64,000 nt of DNA from Adineta vaga (Eukaryota; Animalia; Rotifera), in assembly GCA_021613535.1 (NCBI GenBank), contig CP075494.1, forward strand, positions 1,364,001-1,428,000. Reading direction: 5' to 3'. Below the pieces are notes generated by a model. That model saw only the letters and a program-made list of their open reading frames with translations. It did no database searches and was not told the origin of the DNA. Of this stretch, positions 1 through 13,994 are shown one piece after another. Each line of letters opens with the position of its first letter. Positions within the stretch are counted from its first letter, which is position 1. Made by a program: the position numbers and the translations under genes.

Positions 1-42
1 GTATATGTATAGTTATTTTTGGTTTAGATTTAAAACACCATT

Positions 43-1567
43 TCAAAGTTGCACCAATTCGACATCGTTTGATGTATCGCCAATAACAAATTGTTTGTTG
101 TTAAGTACAGCGATAGAATTACCATCATATGTGAGAGCAATTCTTTCCTTTTGTCCCCATGTTCTCACGCAATGAACTAATCTTTGACCAGTCGTGACAA
201 AGAATTGGTTTATACCATCACTGCGAATCTGTATTGAGCCGTTGCACGCACCTAAGTCTTGTTTCTTCACGGGAATCATATCAAGAGTTAGAATGCTAAT
301 TTGAACGACGTAACCATTGTTTTGCGCACGCTTGCTAATCGATGCTACGTAATTATTTGTCAACGAAAAACTCATTCCATGCCTAAATGCAGTTGGTGTA
401 GTCCCTGCAAACTGGATCATACGAATCAATTGAAATTCTGTTGAATAAACATGAATTATATCACTGTCGTACTTTCCAGGATTGATCCATACCCACAGAC
501 TGGCATCATTAGCTGCAACAAGTATGTCGGAGCAATTGAGATCGCGAACGGTGATCATGATTTTGAATACAGGATTTCGATATTCTACTGTATAGATCTT
601 TCCATTCTCGCACAAATAAATTTTTCAATACTCTTCCAATAAATCATATCGACAATCGGTAATTGATGCCAGTGACGATATCGATCGCCAACTTGTAAGT
701 TTTTCAAGTCACAATATGCAATCATAGGTGGAGTAGTATCATAGGTACTATACATGATATTAATACCGTCGCTAGCCATACGATCAATCGGAAAGGATGT
801 TGGCAATAGACATTCTGGTGCACTATCTTCTGAAGTTTCAGCCTGACATGCTTCATCATTCTCGTCCAATACGACATATTGGTTACTGCTTTTGACTTTC
901 TCAATGCTACACGACTGCGATGTTTCAGTCGCTGGAGAAGGATCTTTTTGTGTGACGTCAGTAGTGGGCACAGAGGTACTTTCAAAGTTGATTTCGTAGT
1001 TGAATGTAACTTCAGGAAGTTTTGCCTTTTTGTTTCCTACTATGTTCTTGAGATCATTTTGAATATGATCAAGATCTGTTAATAGACTAGGTATTTGTGT
1101 AAGATCGAAAAGAGTTTCTTTCGTTAGACCGTTAATTTTAATAGATATTTGTTGTAGTTTAGTCAGTATTTCCGATAGATGATCCTAAAATACAAGAGGA
1201 ATTTTGAATCAATTTGAAAATAAAACTTATGAAAACAATATACTTGTCCATGCTTTTCGGCTTGCTCGATATTATCCATGATTTTCTTTTTTGCTTCAAT
1301 TATTTGATTAAACCATTCGTCAACCTCACACCTTGCGTTTTTCACTTCAGTCTCAATCATCTGTTGTTTTGTTTGGTATAATTCATGTACTTCATTGTAT
1401 TGATGTGAGAGATGAGTAATCTTTTCCTGTAGGTCTTCATGATGTTCTTTCATACAATCAAAACAGAACGATACTGAACAATGATTACATCGACAGAGAG
1501 AAACTCGTGTTCTTTTATATTTGCTCGCACATTGTACACAGGAGTCGATAGGAGGAGCAGCCGCCAT
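43..1567 (-). pseudogene. B-box-like Cys/His finger + coiled coil + beta-rich C-terminal domain protein (TRIM-like), frameshifted
   Basis: Exon 1 1567-1244 (CVQC...CRCNHCSVSFCFDCMKEHH, then heptad-rich coil). GT-AG intron 1243-1185. Exon 2 needs two frame changes (~1030 and ~610) to join ORFs 585..971 and 43..615. Confidence 0.55.
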
Positions 1568-2060
1568 GTTGCTGACAAACGTTTTACATGAAACTAGTTT
1601 AAAAAAGGAACAAAAAGTCTAGTAGTATTCATTTTTTATATCATAGACACAGTAGTCAAGAGTGATAACCAATAAAAATGTGATTCTAAATCTTTTGATT
1701 CGAATAGAACGACGCATTCAAAATTCGGATTAAGCTAACGGTACGCATTTTTAAGATTCTAAATGGAAGATTTTATTTTCGAAAGATGTCGCTAGTATTA
1801 GGTCGCCTTTTGAGAGTGGGTGTGGGTGAATATAAGAGACCCACATCCACGCGAGTAATATAATCTGCTGTTCTTAAAATTATTGCGAAATACTTCATTA
1901 AAAATTTGTTTTATATTTGAATCATGAAAAAAGAACTGACGATTATATTTCGAAATATTTTATCGATATTGCGTAATTATTCATATAACTTATATATTCG
2001 GAAAAACATTCATTTTTCTGTGTATTGTTAAGTTTAGTTATATTATTTAGTCGTTAGAAA

Positions 2061-3056
2061 ATGTCAGATATTGAATATGATGGTTTTGATTATGATTCAA
2101 GTCAAGATCCATTCGAACTTGAATATCAAATTGAACAATTTTACTTTCACCTTGATTTCAAATCGAAAAAACATGTAAAAAAGGCTTCGTTTTCAATATC
2201 ATCAAAAACTGCTCAATTTCAATCAATATGTATCAAATTGGATTTAATTAATTGTAAGAAAGTACCATCGAGTCGTAAACGAAAAAAGACAAATTCTAAT
2301 TCGAAGAAGTCTAAATCTTTTGAATATGAACAAACTCCATCGCAAACAAAAGCAAATGTATTTGAAGAACCAGTGGAAAATTTTTCACATTTTCGTCGAC
2401 AATTCTATCAATTGAATCGTCGTTCAATTAACAGTTCTCTCAAACACCAACCAAATATGAAAATAGCAAAGATTCGCTTTGCAAATGTGAATAAATCAGT
2501 TCAAAATGATTTTATGAAAAAACTTAAAAATGAACCTTCATTTTCCCCACAATTAGTTTAACATGGTACAAAATTAATTAATATTCAAAGTATTCTTCAA
2601 TATGGATTTTTAATTCCAGAAAAACCACATCCATCGAACACAAAAGCACCGATAATTCAAATAACAAACGGTGCAGCTTATGGTACAGGTGTTTATTGTA
2701 GTTATACAGCTTCTTATTCTTTAGGATATTCAAAATTGACCAATACTCTATTAGCATGTGCTGCTATACCAAAACAAGACAAAAATGGACATATCGAACA
2801 TCATCATGGAAATATTTTAGTTTTACCAAATATATCACAAATTATTCCATTATTTTTAGTAGATTTTCAATATTTAAATCAATCTAGTTTTAATTATCCT
2901 TGGTTCAAAGAAGGCAAACTATGCAATGAACAAGATCAAAGACAACAACAAATAATTTGTTTAAGAAAATATTTTCAAAAAATCTTGAATTATATGAATG
3001 ATCAAGTACGAAATAACAATCGATATCAATTACGGATGTTTAATCTACATGATTAA
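2061..3056 (+). pseudogene. PARP-catalytic-domain (ADP-ribosyltransferase) protein with one in-frame stop
   Basis: ORFs 2061..2561 and 2736..3056 are in one frame. Reading through TAA 2559-2561 gives PQLV*HGTKLINIQSILQYGFLIP...NGAAYGTGVYCSYTASYSLGYS, the PARP H-G-T / G-x-G-x-Y / S-x-x-Y signature. Confidence 0.85.
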
Positions 3057-5134
3057 CAAATAAAAAAACGGAAGAACTTCTTTCAACTGTTCGAATGTTG
3101 TTGGGAATGTCGATAGGTCCTACTACCTGTTGAGAAGCTCCAAACCAAGATATTTCGTGCCCGTATCGTACTTCTCCTATTCAAAACGGAAAATTTTAGA
3201 GTAAAACTGATATCAGATTCGAAATCAGGATAAAAAACTGAGTCGAATCAAATAGTTTTAGCCGATTTTAAATAAAATCACCTATTCTCCCTACTATTAT
3301 ATACACTTTCAAGCTTGAAGAGTACGTAATTTTAAATCTAGTGACTTAGACTCTCTAATAAGAAAAGATGTGTATTGATGTCATGTATCTCCAGTCAAAA
3401 ATTCAGCGTCGAATCTTTATCACAGCGCGAGAAAAGTGTAAAATACTAATCTTTTTGAGTATACCAAATTGAGAGTTCTTGGCCTAGCGTGTTTTGAAAA
3501 CTCCATACATTAAAGACTTCGATTGAATAGATTTATACCCTATATCACTCTCTCTCGAATGAGACGTCTCCGACCTAAAACCGTCAAGTCAGTCGTGAGT
3601 TATCATCAAAATATTGAATACATTATTTTTCATCAATTTTTGAACGTCAAAAATGGCCCCTTAAACTTGTTTTTGCTCCCATTTTTCGTAGGTTAAGAAA
3701 ATATAACCGAGAAAATCTTTTTTTCCGCGACGCGATACGCATAGAGTAGGGGTCCCCTGTGGCGGATCCTCTCTTAATGTCGATGCAAGACCGATGTACA
3801 GAGTGAAAATAATTTTCGAATCAAATAATAACTGTGATTTGATCGATGCAGCTTCTTTTAGATGTTCAGCTAAATCTGTTTAATAAATTTGATGGTTTAT
3901 AATATTTAGTTTAGTGATTAAAAAAGCATTTAGCTTTTTAATAGTAGTGTGTCTGTAAATATATTTTTCAATTCATGATTGAATTTATTGAAACTTGAAT
4001 TTCAAAGAATCGTTTCTAAATGCGTTTTTATTACATAGTATTTCGTACCGTGATGCACATGTTCTATTTTGAAAAAATATATGAAATAACGTAAAATTTT
4101 GTTTTCGCAAGTCAAAGTAGGCATATAAATATGGTATATGATATTGCAAAAACCAGCTCTATGTACGCATGGCTATATTTATTGGTTTTTTTAGTTAAAT
4201 TTTAATGTGAAGTATATTCTAGCTGTTATTATACTTGATAGTAATTCTTTGTTTGTAGTGGTATAGACGTATTTATACCATGCATTTTTATCAGCACAAA
4301 GAATATGTGTTATTATTTGTTAGCAAATTGAAATATATGTCTTTCGCAGTATGCAATACTATTGATAGTGTATTTTGTATAAGTTTTACACGTAGATATA
4401 TCAATCTTGAGCACATATTTAAAGACTTTCTCTTTTGAGTATAATACTAATTAAATGATACAACGGAATAAACTTACAGATAATCTTGATTTTCGATTTA
4501 TGTCGTTACGAGCTACGCCTCCTCTTTCTATCTGATAGGTTGTTTGGTTTAACTGTTTTGCATATGGTTTTTCCTTTGAATATTGTCAATGCTGTTTTGC
4601 TGTATCTTAACTTATATCTGTCACGGTCCGTGGGGGAGGGGGGATGGGTTCAAATTTCTGCTTTAAACAGTTCAACACTCTTTTTCAGATCGTGTTTCAC
4701 AAAAATTGTAAATAGTAAATGTCAAAATCTCTTAATTAAACTCCCTGTTTACATTATCACTCAGTTGCATTACATGAATTCTTATAGATCTTCAGTTTTA
4801 CGCATCAACAAGATCATCCTAATGGTGATTTTTTATCTGAGTTGAAAACTTTTTTTACCATGTACTAAATAATGGTAATAACTAGTATTGATTGTCAGGA
4901 AGTGTTTCTTAATAAAAATGCATTCATTATGCAAGAATCAACATCATGAATGCTCTCAAACTTTCCCAAGAATGGTAACATTTTACCGGGAAAACATAGA
5001 CAACGAGAATTTTGACGTTATATTGCACACCTGCGTATTAGCGTGAACAAAAATATGACAAAATAAAATTCGTAGTGCTAAGATTTTCCATAATGTTATT
5101 CTTAAAGATTTTATTACATGAAGCAGTGTTTTAG

Positions 5135-6379
5135 TTAATTCGTTGGAGTTGCAGAATCTTCCTTGTGCGCTCCCGCGTGGGGAGGGGAATCTTTTGTTTT
5201 TGGGAAACTCTTTGGCGTATTTCTGCGTGAACGTTTTGAAATTTTACTTTTCAAAAGCTGAGAATTTGAGAACGAATTTGTCCGGGGATGCAAACGCGAC
5301 TGTTTCACGGAAGATTCTGCACCTCTGTAACTCGTGTTTGAATAATCTAATGGGAATGAAATATCATGTTTTGGCAGAATATATTGCGGTGGAGGCGCTT
5401 TAGTCATTGTCAATCCATGAGACCATTCAAATCGTCTAAGAAAATCCAGTCTTCTCTCATTACGAAACACAGGTATTGGAGATGCTCCAGGAAGATTAGT
5501 AAATGTAACCATTCCCCCAGCCATTATTTCGTTCGTCTTCTCATCACTAATATTTTTTAATTGTTCTGTTGAACATATTTCATACCAAAGTGTCAATCGG
5601 CGTTTCGATTCTTGAGGATAAATAACTCGATGAATACCTGCTTTCAATTGATTTTTTGTTATTCGAGATGCTCTTTCTCCTAACCAGATAACTCCAATAT
5701 TTGATTCTAATGGTCCATCAATCCATTCATCATTTATCATCTTTTTCAATTGAAGACCTTCATGTGTTGATAAAATACTAATTGAAAGTAATCCTGGATC
5801 ATAATGTGGAACACAATTCACTTCTTCAGTTGATTCTCCATTTTGTGGTGGTTGAAAACCACTTTTATCATTAAAATAAGACACAATATCAAGCATACCA
5901 AAATGTTCATTTTTCAATGGTAAACGAGCTCGTTTGATAAGATTTGATAAAGATGGATGTTGTTGAAATACTGAATGTTGATCAAGAATTTCGATTAAAT
6001 GCTTTGTGACGGCATCTAACATTTGTGAAAGATAATTTAATGGTTCAATAAGTGTCTTTGGTATCAATCCTTTATTTGCAAACTCTTGCAAATAACTTCC
6101 AGTCAATAGTTTGATTCCTTCTTTGTGATTAGCTTTAGAATAACCATATATTGGTGAATATTTAGAGTACCAACTGTTTTTATCATCAGACTCAAAAAAC
6201 TGTGTTAGTTGCTTGATTAGATCTGGATTTGGAATAAGTTCTTTCGGAAGAAAAACGAAACACCATCCATTTGATTCGAATTCTGTTTGCATTTGTTTAA
6301 TTATTTCTGTAGCATCATTTGTGTTGAATATGTTGCTCAAATCGATAATAATTTGTGATTTGTTGATTGATGAAGACAT
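5135..6379 (-). CDS. 2-oxoglutarate/Fe(II)-dependent oxygenase (isopenicillin N synthase-like), intronless
   Basis: 414 aa ORF with FESNGWCFV N-terminal motif, PHYDPGLLSI (HxD), EGLQL, WLGE, GIHRV (distal His) and RLTLWY (RxS/T 2OG-binding motif). Confidence 0.9.
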   Translation of the reverse strand: MSSSINKSQIIIDLSNIFNTNDATEIIKQMQTEFESNGWCFVFLPKELIPNPDLIKQLTQFFESDDKNSWYSKYSPIYGYSKANHKEGIKLLTGSYLQEFANKGLIPKTLIEPLNYLSQMLDAVTKHLIEILDQHSVFQQHPSLSNLIKRARLPLKNEHFGMLDIVSYFNDKSGFQPPQNGESTEEVNCVPHYDPGLLSISILSTHEGLQLKKMINDEWIDGPLESNIGVIWLGERASRITKNQLKAGIHRVIYPQESKRRLTLWYEICSTEQLKNISDEKTNEIMAGGMVTFTNLPGASPIPVFRNERRLDFLRRFEWSHGLTMTKAPPPQYILPKHDISFPLDYSNTSYRGAESSVKQSRLHPRTNSFSNSQLLKSKISKRSRRNTPKSFPKTKDSPPHAGAHKEDSATPTN

Positions 6380-8890
6380 GTTCCTATGTACAATTCGTAT
6401 GATATGCTGAAATGTGCGTTTTTAATAATAGTGTTAGTATTCTGCAATCGCTTCACTTTATAAAGAGTGATTCTTGCACAACACTCTATTTTTTATGTAA
6501 CGTCATTATTGGTGAACGTAGGCGTGCTTATTTATGCCACATTCGCTATGAGGTGAGTGAAAGGAAAGGAAAAATATTCGCTCTACTATGATCCAATAGA
6601 TATAACTTCAATTTTCATAGTGACATCTGCGTGAATAAAGTTCCTTGTAGTTATTTCAGATGATCAAAATAGAAATGATGAATTTTCTCGCCTATCTTTA
6701 AAATGTATAAAATTTGCACGTGATGGAAGTTAGCAGCAGATTCGAGTATTTCCTGCTGACATTCGCGTAAGTATTTGGGATAGGTCTGATACTTCTGGGA
6801 TGGATAGAGTTCAATATTCTGCATCGAATAGTGCCGCATGAGAAGGGGCTATCACCAAAAATCAGGGTTTTCAGCCAAAATACTGTGAAAATTAGTGGTT
6901 TTACTCAGTAATCCTTGCTGGCATTTGTTTTGGGGGTTGGAATATATAGAGCACGTTCACAGGTAACACACTGAGCATTTTTCACTTTTCAGTGGTTATA
7001 TCTCAAGAGCTATAGGTGCTGCAGACCTGAAACTTATAGCTTCTCAAGATATTTAGACAGCCCATGTTTACTGAAAACCTCGCTTCATTGGGTTGCACCG
7101 TCACAGTTTTAGAGCTTTGAAAAAGCGTGGTAACGCACTCATTAAAAAGGACCCCTGTAACCAGACCGACGCAAAGAAGTTTATACCGCTAGGAAATTTT
7201 TTGCATACGAAAGTAAATATTTTTATATGTATTGAGAGCTAAGATATTATGCTTGATACCCATAAATCTACTCTTTGAAATCTTGTCTCTTCCAAGAGTT
7301 ATTGCTAAATGATTCCGGTAACGCACTCAGCATTATTTTCAAAACTTTTTCATTTATGAAGTTTTGCCCGTAATTTTTTATAAAAACAGCTTCTGAATAG
7401 TATATATTGGTTGTTGTGATGAAAATCTTCTATTTATTGAAAAACCAACGCTTTTTCGATATAAAAATTTGATAAAAAGAATCTTTTTCAATTTTCGTAC
7501 AGATACATTGATTGCTACTTCGGTAATTTCATGTAAAATAATTGTATCGGTTTTAGTTTAAGCAGTTTGAACGAAATCACCCTCGTTTCCATGATAAATT
7601 CAAACTATGGTTAATGGATAATCTCGTTAAATTACAGAACAAATACCGCTGTTTAAACTGCGAGCCAGCACCATCACTAACAAGTAGATATTGTTTTAAT
7701 TCATTGATAATGTAATCAAGACAAGTGTTGACACAATATTTATCATGAGTAAGATTGTTCGATGGTAAAGCAAATGAGAAATTTAATGAACCACATCAAG
7801 CATGTGCAGTAAAAATTGAAATTGATTTCGTTGTTCAGTGTGCTGACTGAATAGAATCTTGTTCTTCAATACTGAAGTTCTCTGAATAATCAACTTGAAC
7901 AATGATTGATTTATCATTCGAATTATCTTTTATTTCTTCGAAAAAATGACCTTTTTTACGTTTAATAAATATATGATTCACATATTGTTCTATTTTCGGT
8001 GACAAAACTTGTACACATTCTTTCACTGTACCTGTATGTTCTGGTTTTTCAGCATGACCACGAGTAATATTCCCATCAATAACTTTGTTTTTAATATGTA
8101 ATTTGAAATTATTTGAACAATAACGACAATTAGACGACATACATTCTTCATTAGACTCATCACAGACGAGTGCTGTGGTAAATTCTTGTAGACTAGAACA
8201 AGCTGTACCATTGATAAATTTGGACAATGTATCAATGGGTAGGATGACATTTTGATGATATAAACATAAGCACACACGATGAGCCAGCATAGATTTCACT
8301 ACCACATGTTTAGGTCGTAATCCCATGTTCTCGATTGCGATGAAATTGCGACGCAATTGCGGCGCAACTGCGATCGCACTGTGAGGCGCAATTGCGAAAA
8401 ATTGCGATGCAATTCCGCACAATTGCGATTAAAAAATCGCAGTTACGCGTAATTGCGGAAAAAAACCGCATTTGCACTGCAATTGCGACGAAATAATCGC
8501 ATTGTCGCGCAACCATATTTCAACACTATTCCAGTTATTATGACATCAGTTATTGTTGATGAAATCGTTTAAATAAAGGGGAAAACCTAGTTTATTATTT
8601 CATATTTATTAAATGTTCACCATTACATACATAACAAAGGTTCAAACATCGAAAAAAGTACGTTCAATAAGCAAGATAATATAAAAAATATATATTCAAA
8701 CAATAGTTTAAGTGAAAAATGTCCATCAGCATAAATCGAGAATGATTTGAGCGCTTGTTCATTGCGTTTATCATTAAGAAGAAAAGTAAAACAACTTAAA
8801 TGTAACATATACAAAAGTAAATAGTTGATTCGTACTATATAAGGTCAAGAAAAATTTTAAAAAAATCAAAATGAAAATGCAATACTTACT

Positions 8891-10854
8891 TTATTGAATA
8901 TTCATTGCGGCTCTTCTGTGTTTGCCAATAATTGTACGACGTTTGGCCAACACGACATCGTGTAGCCAATCCCATATACTATCAAATTCATCAGGACATA
9001 AACGAAATTTACTTCGAACCGCTTCTAAAAAATCAACTGGTAATATAAAAATTGATATATTATGTTCGCTACCTTTCAATAGAATATATCGATCATCGTT
9101 GACCATATCTTTTGCTCCCATAGCTTTGAGATCTTCATGTTTAAATAGAACATCCATCAATGAAGTTACGTAAAGATTGGCATGTTCTTTAACACCCTTG
9201 TATTTTAATAAATCAACAAGAGTACCATCTGCTTTTGTAAATTCCTAAATAAATAAATTATTTGAGTTCAACATATTGGGCATCATTACAAAGGATATAT
9301 CTTACCAAAGAAGTTAGAAAGTTTACATCTTCAGTAGAACCATCTGTACCATCTGGATCAACAATTGATATGTTCATCTATAACAAAAGATTAAGTTAAC
9401 AATCTTTGTATCAAGATCAGTTACTTTTTGTTTTCGTAAAACATTTTGTATTTTCTTCTGATTGGTATTTAAACATTTTAACGTTGTTTCAATTTTTTCT
9501 TGTTTGACGAGCAGCGGCTTCAAGTATTTAGATTCGAACTTATTCATCAAGCTTAGAAATGGTTCAATACTAGATGTTGATGTACCAGACTTCTTCTTCT
9601 TCTTCGATTTGTCATTGTCACCAGTAACGTGATGACCAACAAATGCAGGAGTTTCATTTATTGATAATTGATCTGTGTGTGCATTTGTACGACGTTCAGT
9701 ATGAGCAGATGGTGACGGTTCACTATCATTCGACTCACTTTCAGAATTGTCGATCAAATCAAATGATACTTTTGATGATGGTTTAAGATCAGAACGTTGG
9801 TGAGATTTTTGTAAGTTTTCTTTTGATACAGCCATATGAAATGTTGTTGGACGGTCTTTGTTCAACGTGAAAGATGATGATGGATTTGCCGATGCATCAT
9901 CATTATTGATCAAAGCTAAAAAAGAATAATTACTTTTATGTCAAAGTTCAAAAAAAACTTGCATGGATTAATTGATAATAAATCAGAAAGATTACCATCT
10001 ATTGAAATCAAAAGAAAACTTTTCATGTTATGTAAAGAAAATATTTAGACTATACCTGAACGATCGACAGACATATTAATTGAAGATGTGGTACTTGATT
10101 GGATATTAGAATTCTGCTCTAAATAAAAGAAAATGAATGAGAAATATCTTCGATTTTAAGAAATATACCATTGAATGGAATAATACTTAATGAAACAATT
10201 TCAGATGGATTTTCTACAACAAATTGTAAACAAGGAAATAAAAGATAAGAAAATGATTCAGATTTTTCTTACTTTTATGTCGTTTTGGTAGATTTTCTTC
10301 GTTGTTACGTTCATAATCACTTTCGATTTCAGGATTGACATTTTTCTTTGTTAAACGATCAGCTGCTTGACTACATTCCAAAAGAGTTCCTACACAAAGA
10401 AAATAGGTCGTGGTTTAACTAATATATCCAAGAAAAGCATTTCTAATTGAAGTACTGTTGATAATAAAATCATTTTTTTCGTATTGTTTTAATTTACAAT
10501 TTCCTTAACTGTATACATAAAAGCAATGGTGAATATTTAAATTCAAGAAAATAGACTCCTTAACGACTACGTTAAAAGAATTAAAGTATATCATTCGAGT
10601 CGAGCAATACTTTAGGCATATCTGGCATGTATTTTAAAGACTTTACCTTCCTCGAGAGGGACACCAGTAAATTTCTTTCGACCACTTTGAACATAAATGA
10701 ATCCATCATGTTCAGCTGGTGAACATTGTTTTGATTTAACAACAGCAATTGTGTTATCCGAAGGAAATAAAATCAATTTATAAGTTTCAATTTCAGGAAT
10801 TGTTCGTCGATTTATATAATGTTTTGCATAAGTGTTTGTTGTGGACATGGACAT
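8891..10854 (-). CDS. CACTA accessory ORF2, multi-exon, coiled coil + C-terminal BEN/DUF4806-like helical domain
   Basis: Exon pieces at 10854-10650, ~10390-10273, ~9915-9425, ~9245-9073 and ~9021-8891 with GT-AG junctions. C-terminus YVTSLMDVLFKHEDL...LLKEAVRSKF...IWDWLHDVVLAKRR resembles the BEN-domain pattern. Confidence 0.65.
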
Positions 10855-10938
10855 GGTTGTTAATAAAAAACAATCTATAATACAACTAATAGATAGAAAA
10901 CAAAACAACTATAATTTTTTCGTAAGAAAGAGAAAATA

Positions 10939-13885
10939 TTAGTCATGTTCATAATCCAATCGTATTTCAGATAAACAAAAAACACCATCGAATGGAATTA
11001 TCACACATTTGTGACGTATTTTTTCTACAGGAACAAAACAAAATTCGTCAGATAATTCTACTAAAGGAAATAACTGATCCACTTTCACATGTAATGTATT
11101 AGGAATATCGACATAATGTGAAAAAGATTTTTGACTTAATTTGTACTTCTGAATGAAGGCATAGAATTGTAAATTTGTTTGAAGAAAGACAATAATATTT
11201 CCATAACCGGTAGAGTTGTGCTTTGGATCGTCGAAAGAGATAACATAACTTTGGCATTTAAACGGTTGATCATAAATGATTGTATGATATGTAATGAAGA
11301 AGTTTTTGAATCGTAGAAAGTAATTGCATGAATTTCCATCCAATTTAAAACTTGTCAAATGTTGCAAAACTAGAGAACGATACATACTAAGTCGACGATC
11401 AATTAATTTAATTTCCTAAATTATGTCTTTAGAAGGTAGAAAATTTTATCACAAATTCATATACTTACATTGACTGCTGAAAATGTTGGACTTTTTATTT
11501 TTGTTTGCATCGTTGTTTGAAGATCAATCCAATAAGTAATTTGTGCACCAAGATCTTTACTTCCATGAGCCTTTTTCTGAATAAAGCGAATGCACGATTC
11601 AAAACCGAAAGCAGATGTATGACCAAGACCACCATGACGTCTAACTTGTTGTGCAAGATGAATATGTGCATGAAGTGAAAATAATTCAATAGAAGAATCA
11701 TGTACTAAAGGTGCTGTCTTACAATAATAATGTATTATTTCTTCTGCCATGTTAATTTCATCACCAGAATTAGGTGCATGTAGCATGATAATCGCCATTG
11801 AATAAAGCAAGAAATGCGACGTCAAAAGCTTTGGAAGATGAAGCGTGACAGCAGGTACACCAACATTCAATACGAACAATCGACCGTTCTTGGCTTTCCA
11901 TTGATCGGCATGATCAATGGATTCTAAGAAAGGTACATTTAGATTATGTGGTAAATGAAGTTGACCTAATAAACTGTCAATTTCACGTAACGATGATTTA
12001 TCAACATTTTGGCACCAACGTTTGATTACACATGGAATGTGACCAAGACATACCAGATGCATATAGTCAAATACAATTTGAGAAGGATATTGAAAAATCT
12101 ATAGTACAAAAAAAACAAAGAAAATATAATTTTTTTATTGAAGAAATCGTATCGGATAAACGGCTTCATATCTTAAATGAAATATGCTAGTGACTATCTT
12201 GTTTATCATTTCATTTCCTTCTCAATATGTTCAGACATATATTCCCGTGATTTTGACCGTATATATATGTTGACATAAAAACATTTTTTGACATAATGAT
12301 CATGATGGCGTCACCTAGATTCTCATTGCTATGATTCTTATGCTATGAATCTCATTCAAAGATGTTCTTTGTGTTCGAAATGTAGCAAGAAACACAATTG
12401 TTCTTACCCGAAATAACATTGAAAAACCTTTAACTCCACGAACAGATACAATTTTTCGATGAGTAGACTTCTTCTGTGCTTCTTTCGCTGCATCTAGATA
12501 CTCAGCATGTGTTCGAGGTGCAAGATTATTATTGCTGAATGGATAAATAACCATATTGTTTTCTTTACTCCATTGACCTATAAGCAAACGTATATCTCTT
12601 CATTTATATAAAACAATTTAACTTCTTTGAGAAGAACTGAACTCCTTATTACGCAAGAACAAAGGAGTATTACTATCATTAAACATAGAAACAAATATAG
12701 AAGCAATCAAATGACACTTAAACGAACAAAGATTTTTCAAAACGTAAAAAAAAATTGAATATAACTATACATACCAGTAGTACAACATTCTGTGCATGCA
12801 GAATAACCATTAAAACTGATAGTTTTACAGAACAAAGCTTTTGCTGGTAGATCAGATACAAAATATTGTGTTCGTAAGGTAATTTGATATTCTAAACCAT
12901 TGATAAATAAAGATGTTCCATCATTGATCAACAGTTGCAGTTCTTGGATTGTTTCTTCTAGAAATACGTTTGCATCTGGTTTTTTTCGAGAAATCCATAA
13001 AGACAAAAGAACAATATTTTTTTGATAATCACGTGCCGGTGGAGGTAACTCAACAATTGACGCAAAGCAAGGCCAAAGGCTTTGTTTAGATGATTTTACA
13101 ATTGGTGCACCATCAGCATGAACAATTAAGGTAAGTCGATTAACCATTTTAGTTGATTTTTGTTGATAAAAATCTCCAAAACAAACATCTGTAGTTGGAT
13201 AAAGATCTTTTCGATTAAGAAGAATTTCGTTCCTAGTTAAAATAGATTGAAGTTGGCTGCGAATATCTAAATGAGTCAATTCCACAAGTTCATTTGATTT
13301 TAACATACGATTGGCGTTTACACATTCTTCATTGTCACATAATTTAACTCCATATGCACCTTTTTTACATTGTCTAAAACAATTTGCACATAGATATGAA
13401 GAATGTCCGCTTGATATATGATTTAAAATTTTCGTAATTCCTTTCCAGGTGGTCGGTAAACGATTTGGAGTAGGTAATAATGATTTGATAATGCGAAGTA
13501 AACTAATAGCAGTTTGTTTGTTAATATTATAATCAATCATGAATGATGTTAATCGATGTACAGCGTCCTTCGTTGTAATACTACTACCATCGAACAATCT
13601 TTCAGAGTTCTCGATCTCCACAGGTTCTTCATCAGGTAAATGGTTGTTGTCGAAATGATCATTATGATATTCCATCGTTGTTGAACGTGGTAAATCTAAA
13701 AGAACATTCATTGGTAAAGCTTCTGCTTTACCTTCAACGAGTTCATCAGCAAATAAATCATCGTTATCATCATCAGAACTAATATCTAAAGATTGGAATA
13801 ATTGATTCACCATTTCTCTACGTTGTAGACGTTGACGACGTTGCGTTTTTATTTTATTCGATCTGGTAGCTTTAAACCGGAGCAT
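10939..13885 (-). CDS. CACTA/CMC transposase, 4 exons, ~795 aa, apparently intact
   Basis: Exons 13885-12775, 12577-12408, 12098-11469, 11415-10939 with GT-AG introns join in frame (2388 nt). Motifs HADGAP..SKQSLWP, SDLPAKA..FNGYSAC, FDYMHLVCLG, HAHIHLAQQV..G..SAFGFES. Confidence 0.92.
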
Positions 13886-13994
13886 TGCTCTACTAAAAAC
13901 AAATAGTAAACAATAACATATATGTGATATATAACATAATCTCAGTCAGTTAGATGCAAATAATATAGATGCTCGCTTAAGAATAAATAGTGCT

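Noticed and set aside
3120-4860. Repeat-like non-coding stretch with possible transposon ends (GGCCCC|TTAA ~3660; TAGAGTAGGGGTCCCCTGTGGCGG ~3742) and ORF 4486..4845
   Set aside because: No partner TIR or TSD found and the ORF has no recognisable motif, so no element could be defined.
8330-8515. TTGCG/CGCAA repeat arrays (also 14400-14600) as a CRISPR-like or novel repeat locus, and ORFs 8310..8516 and 14454..14672
   Set aside because: No regular repeat-spacer structure. These are the subterminal repeats of the CACTA element, and the ORFs are by-products.
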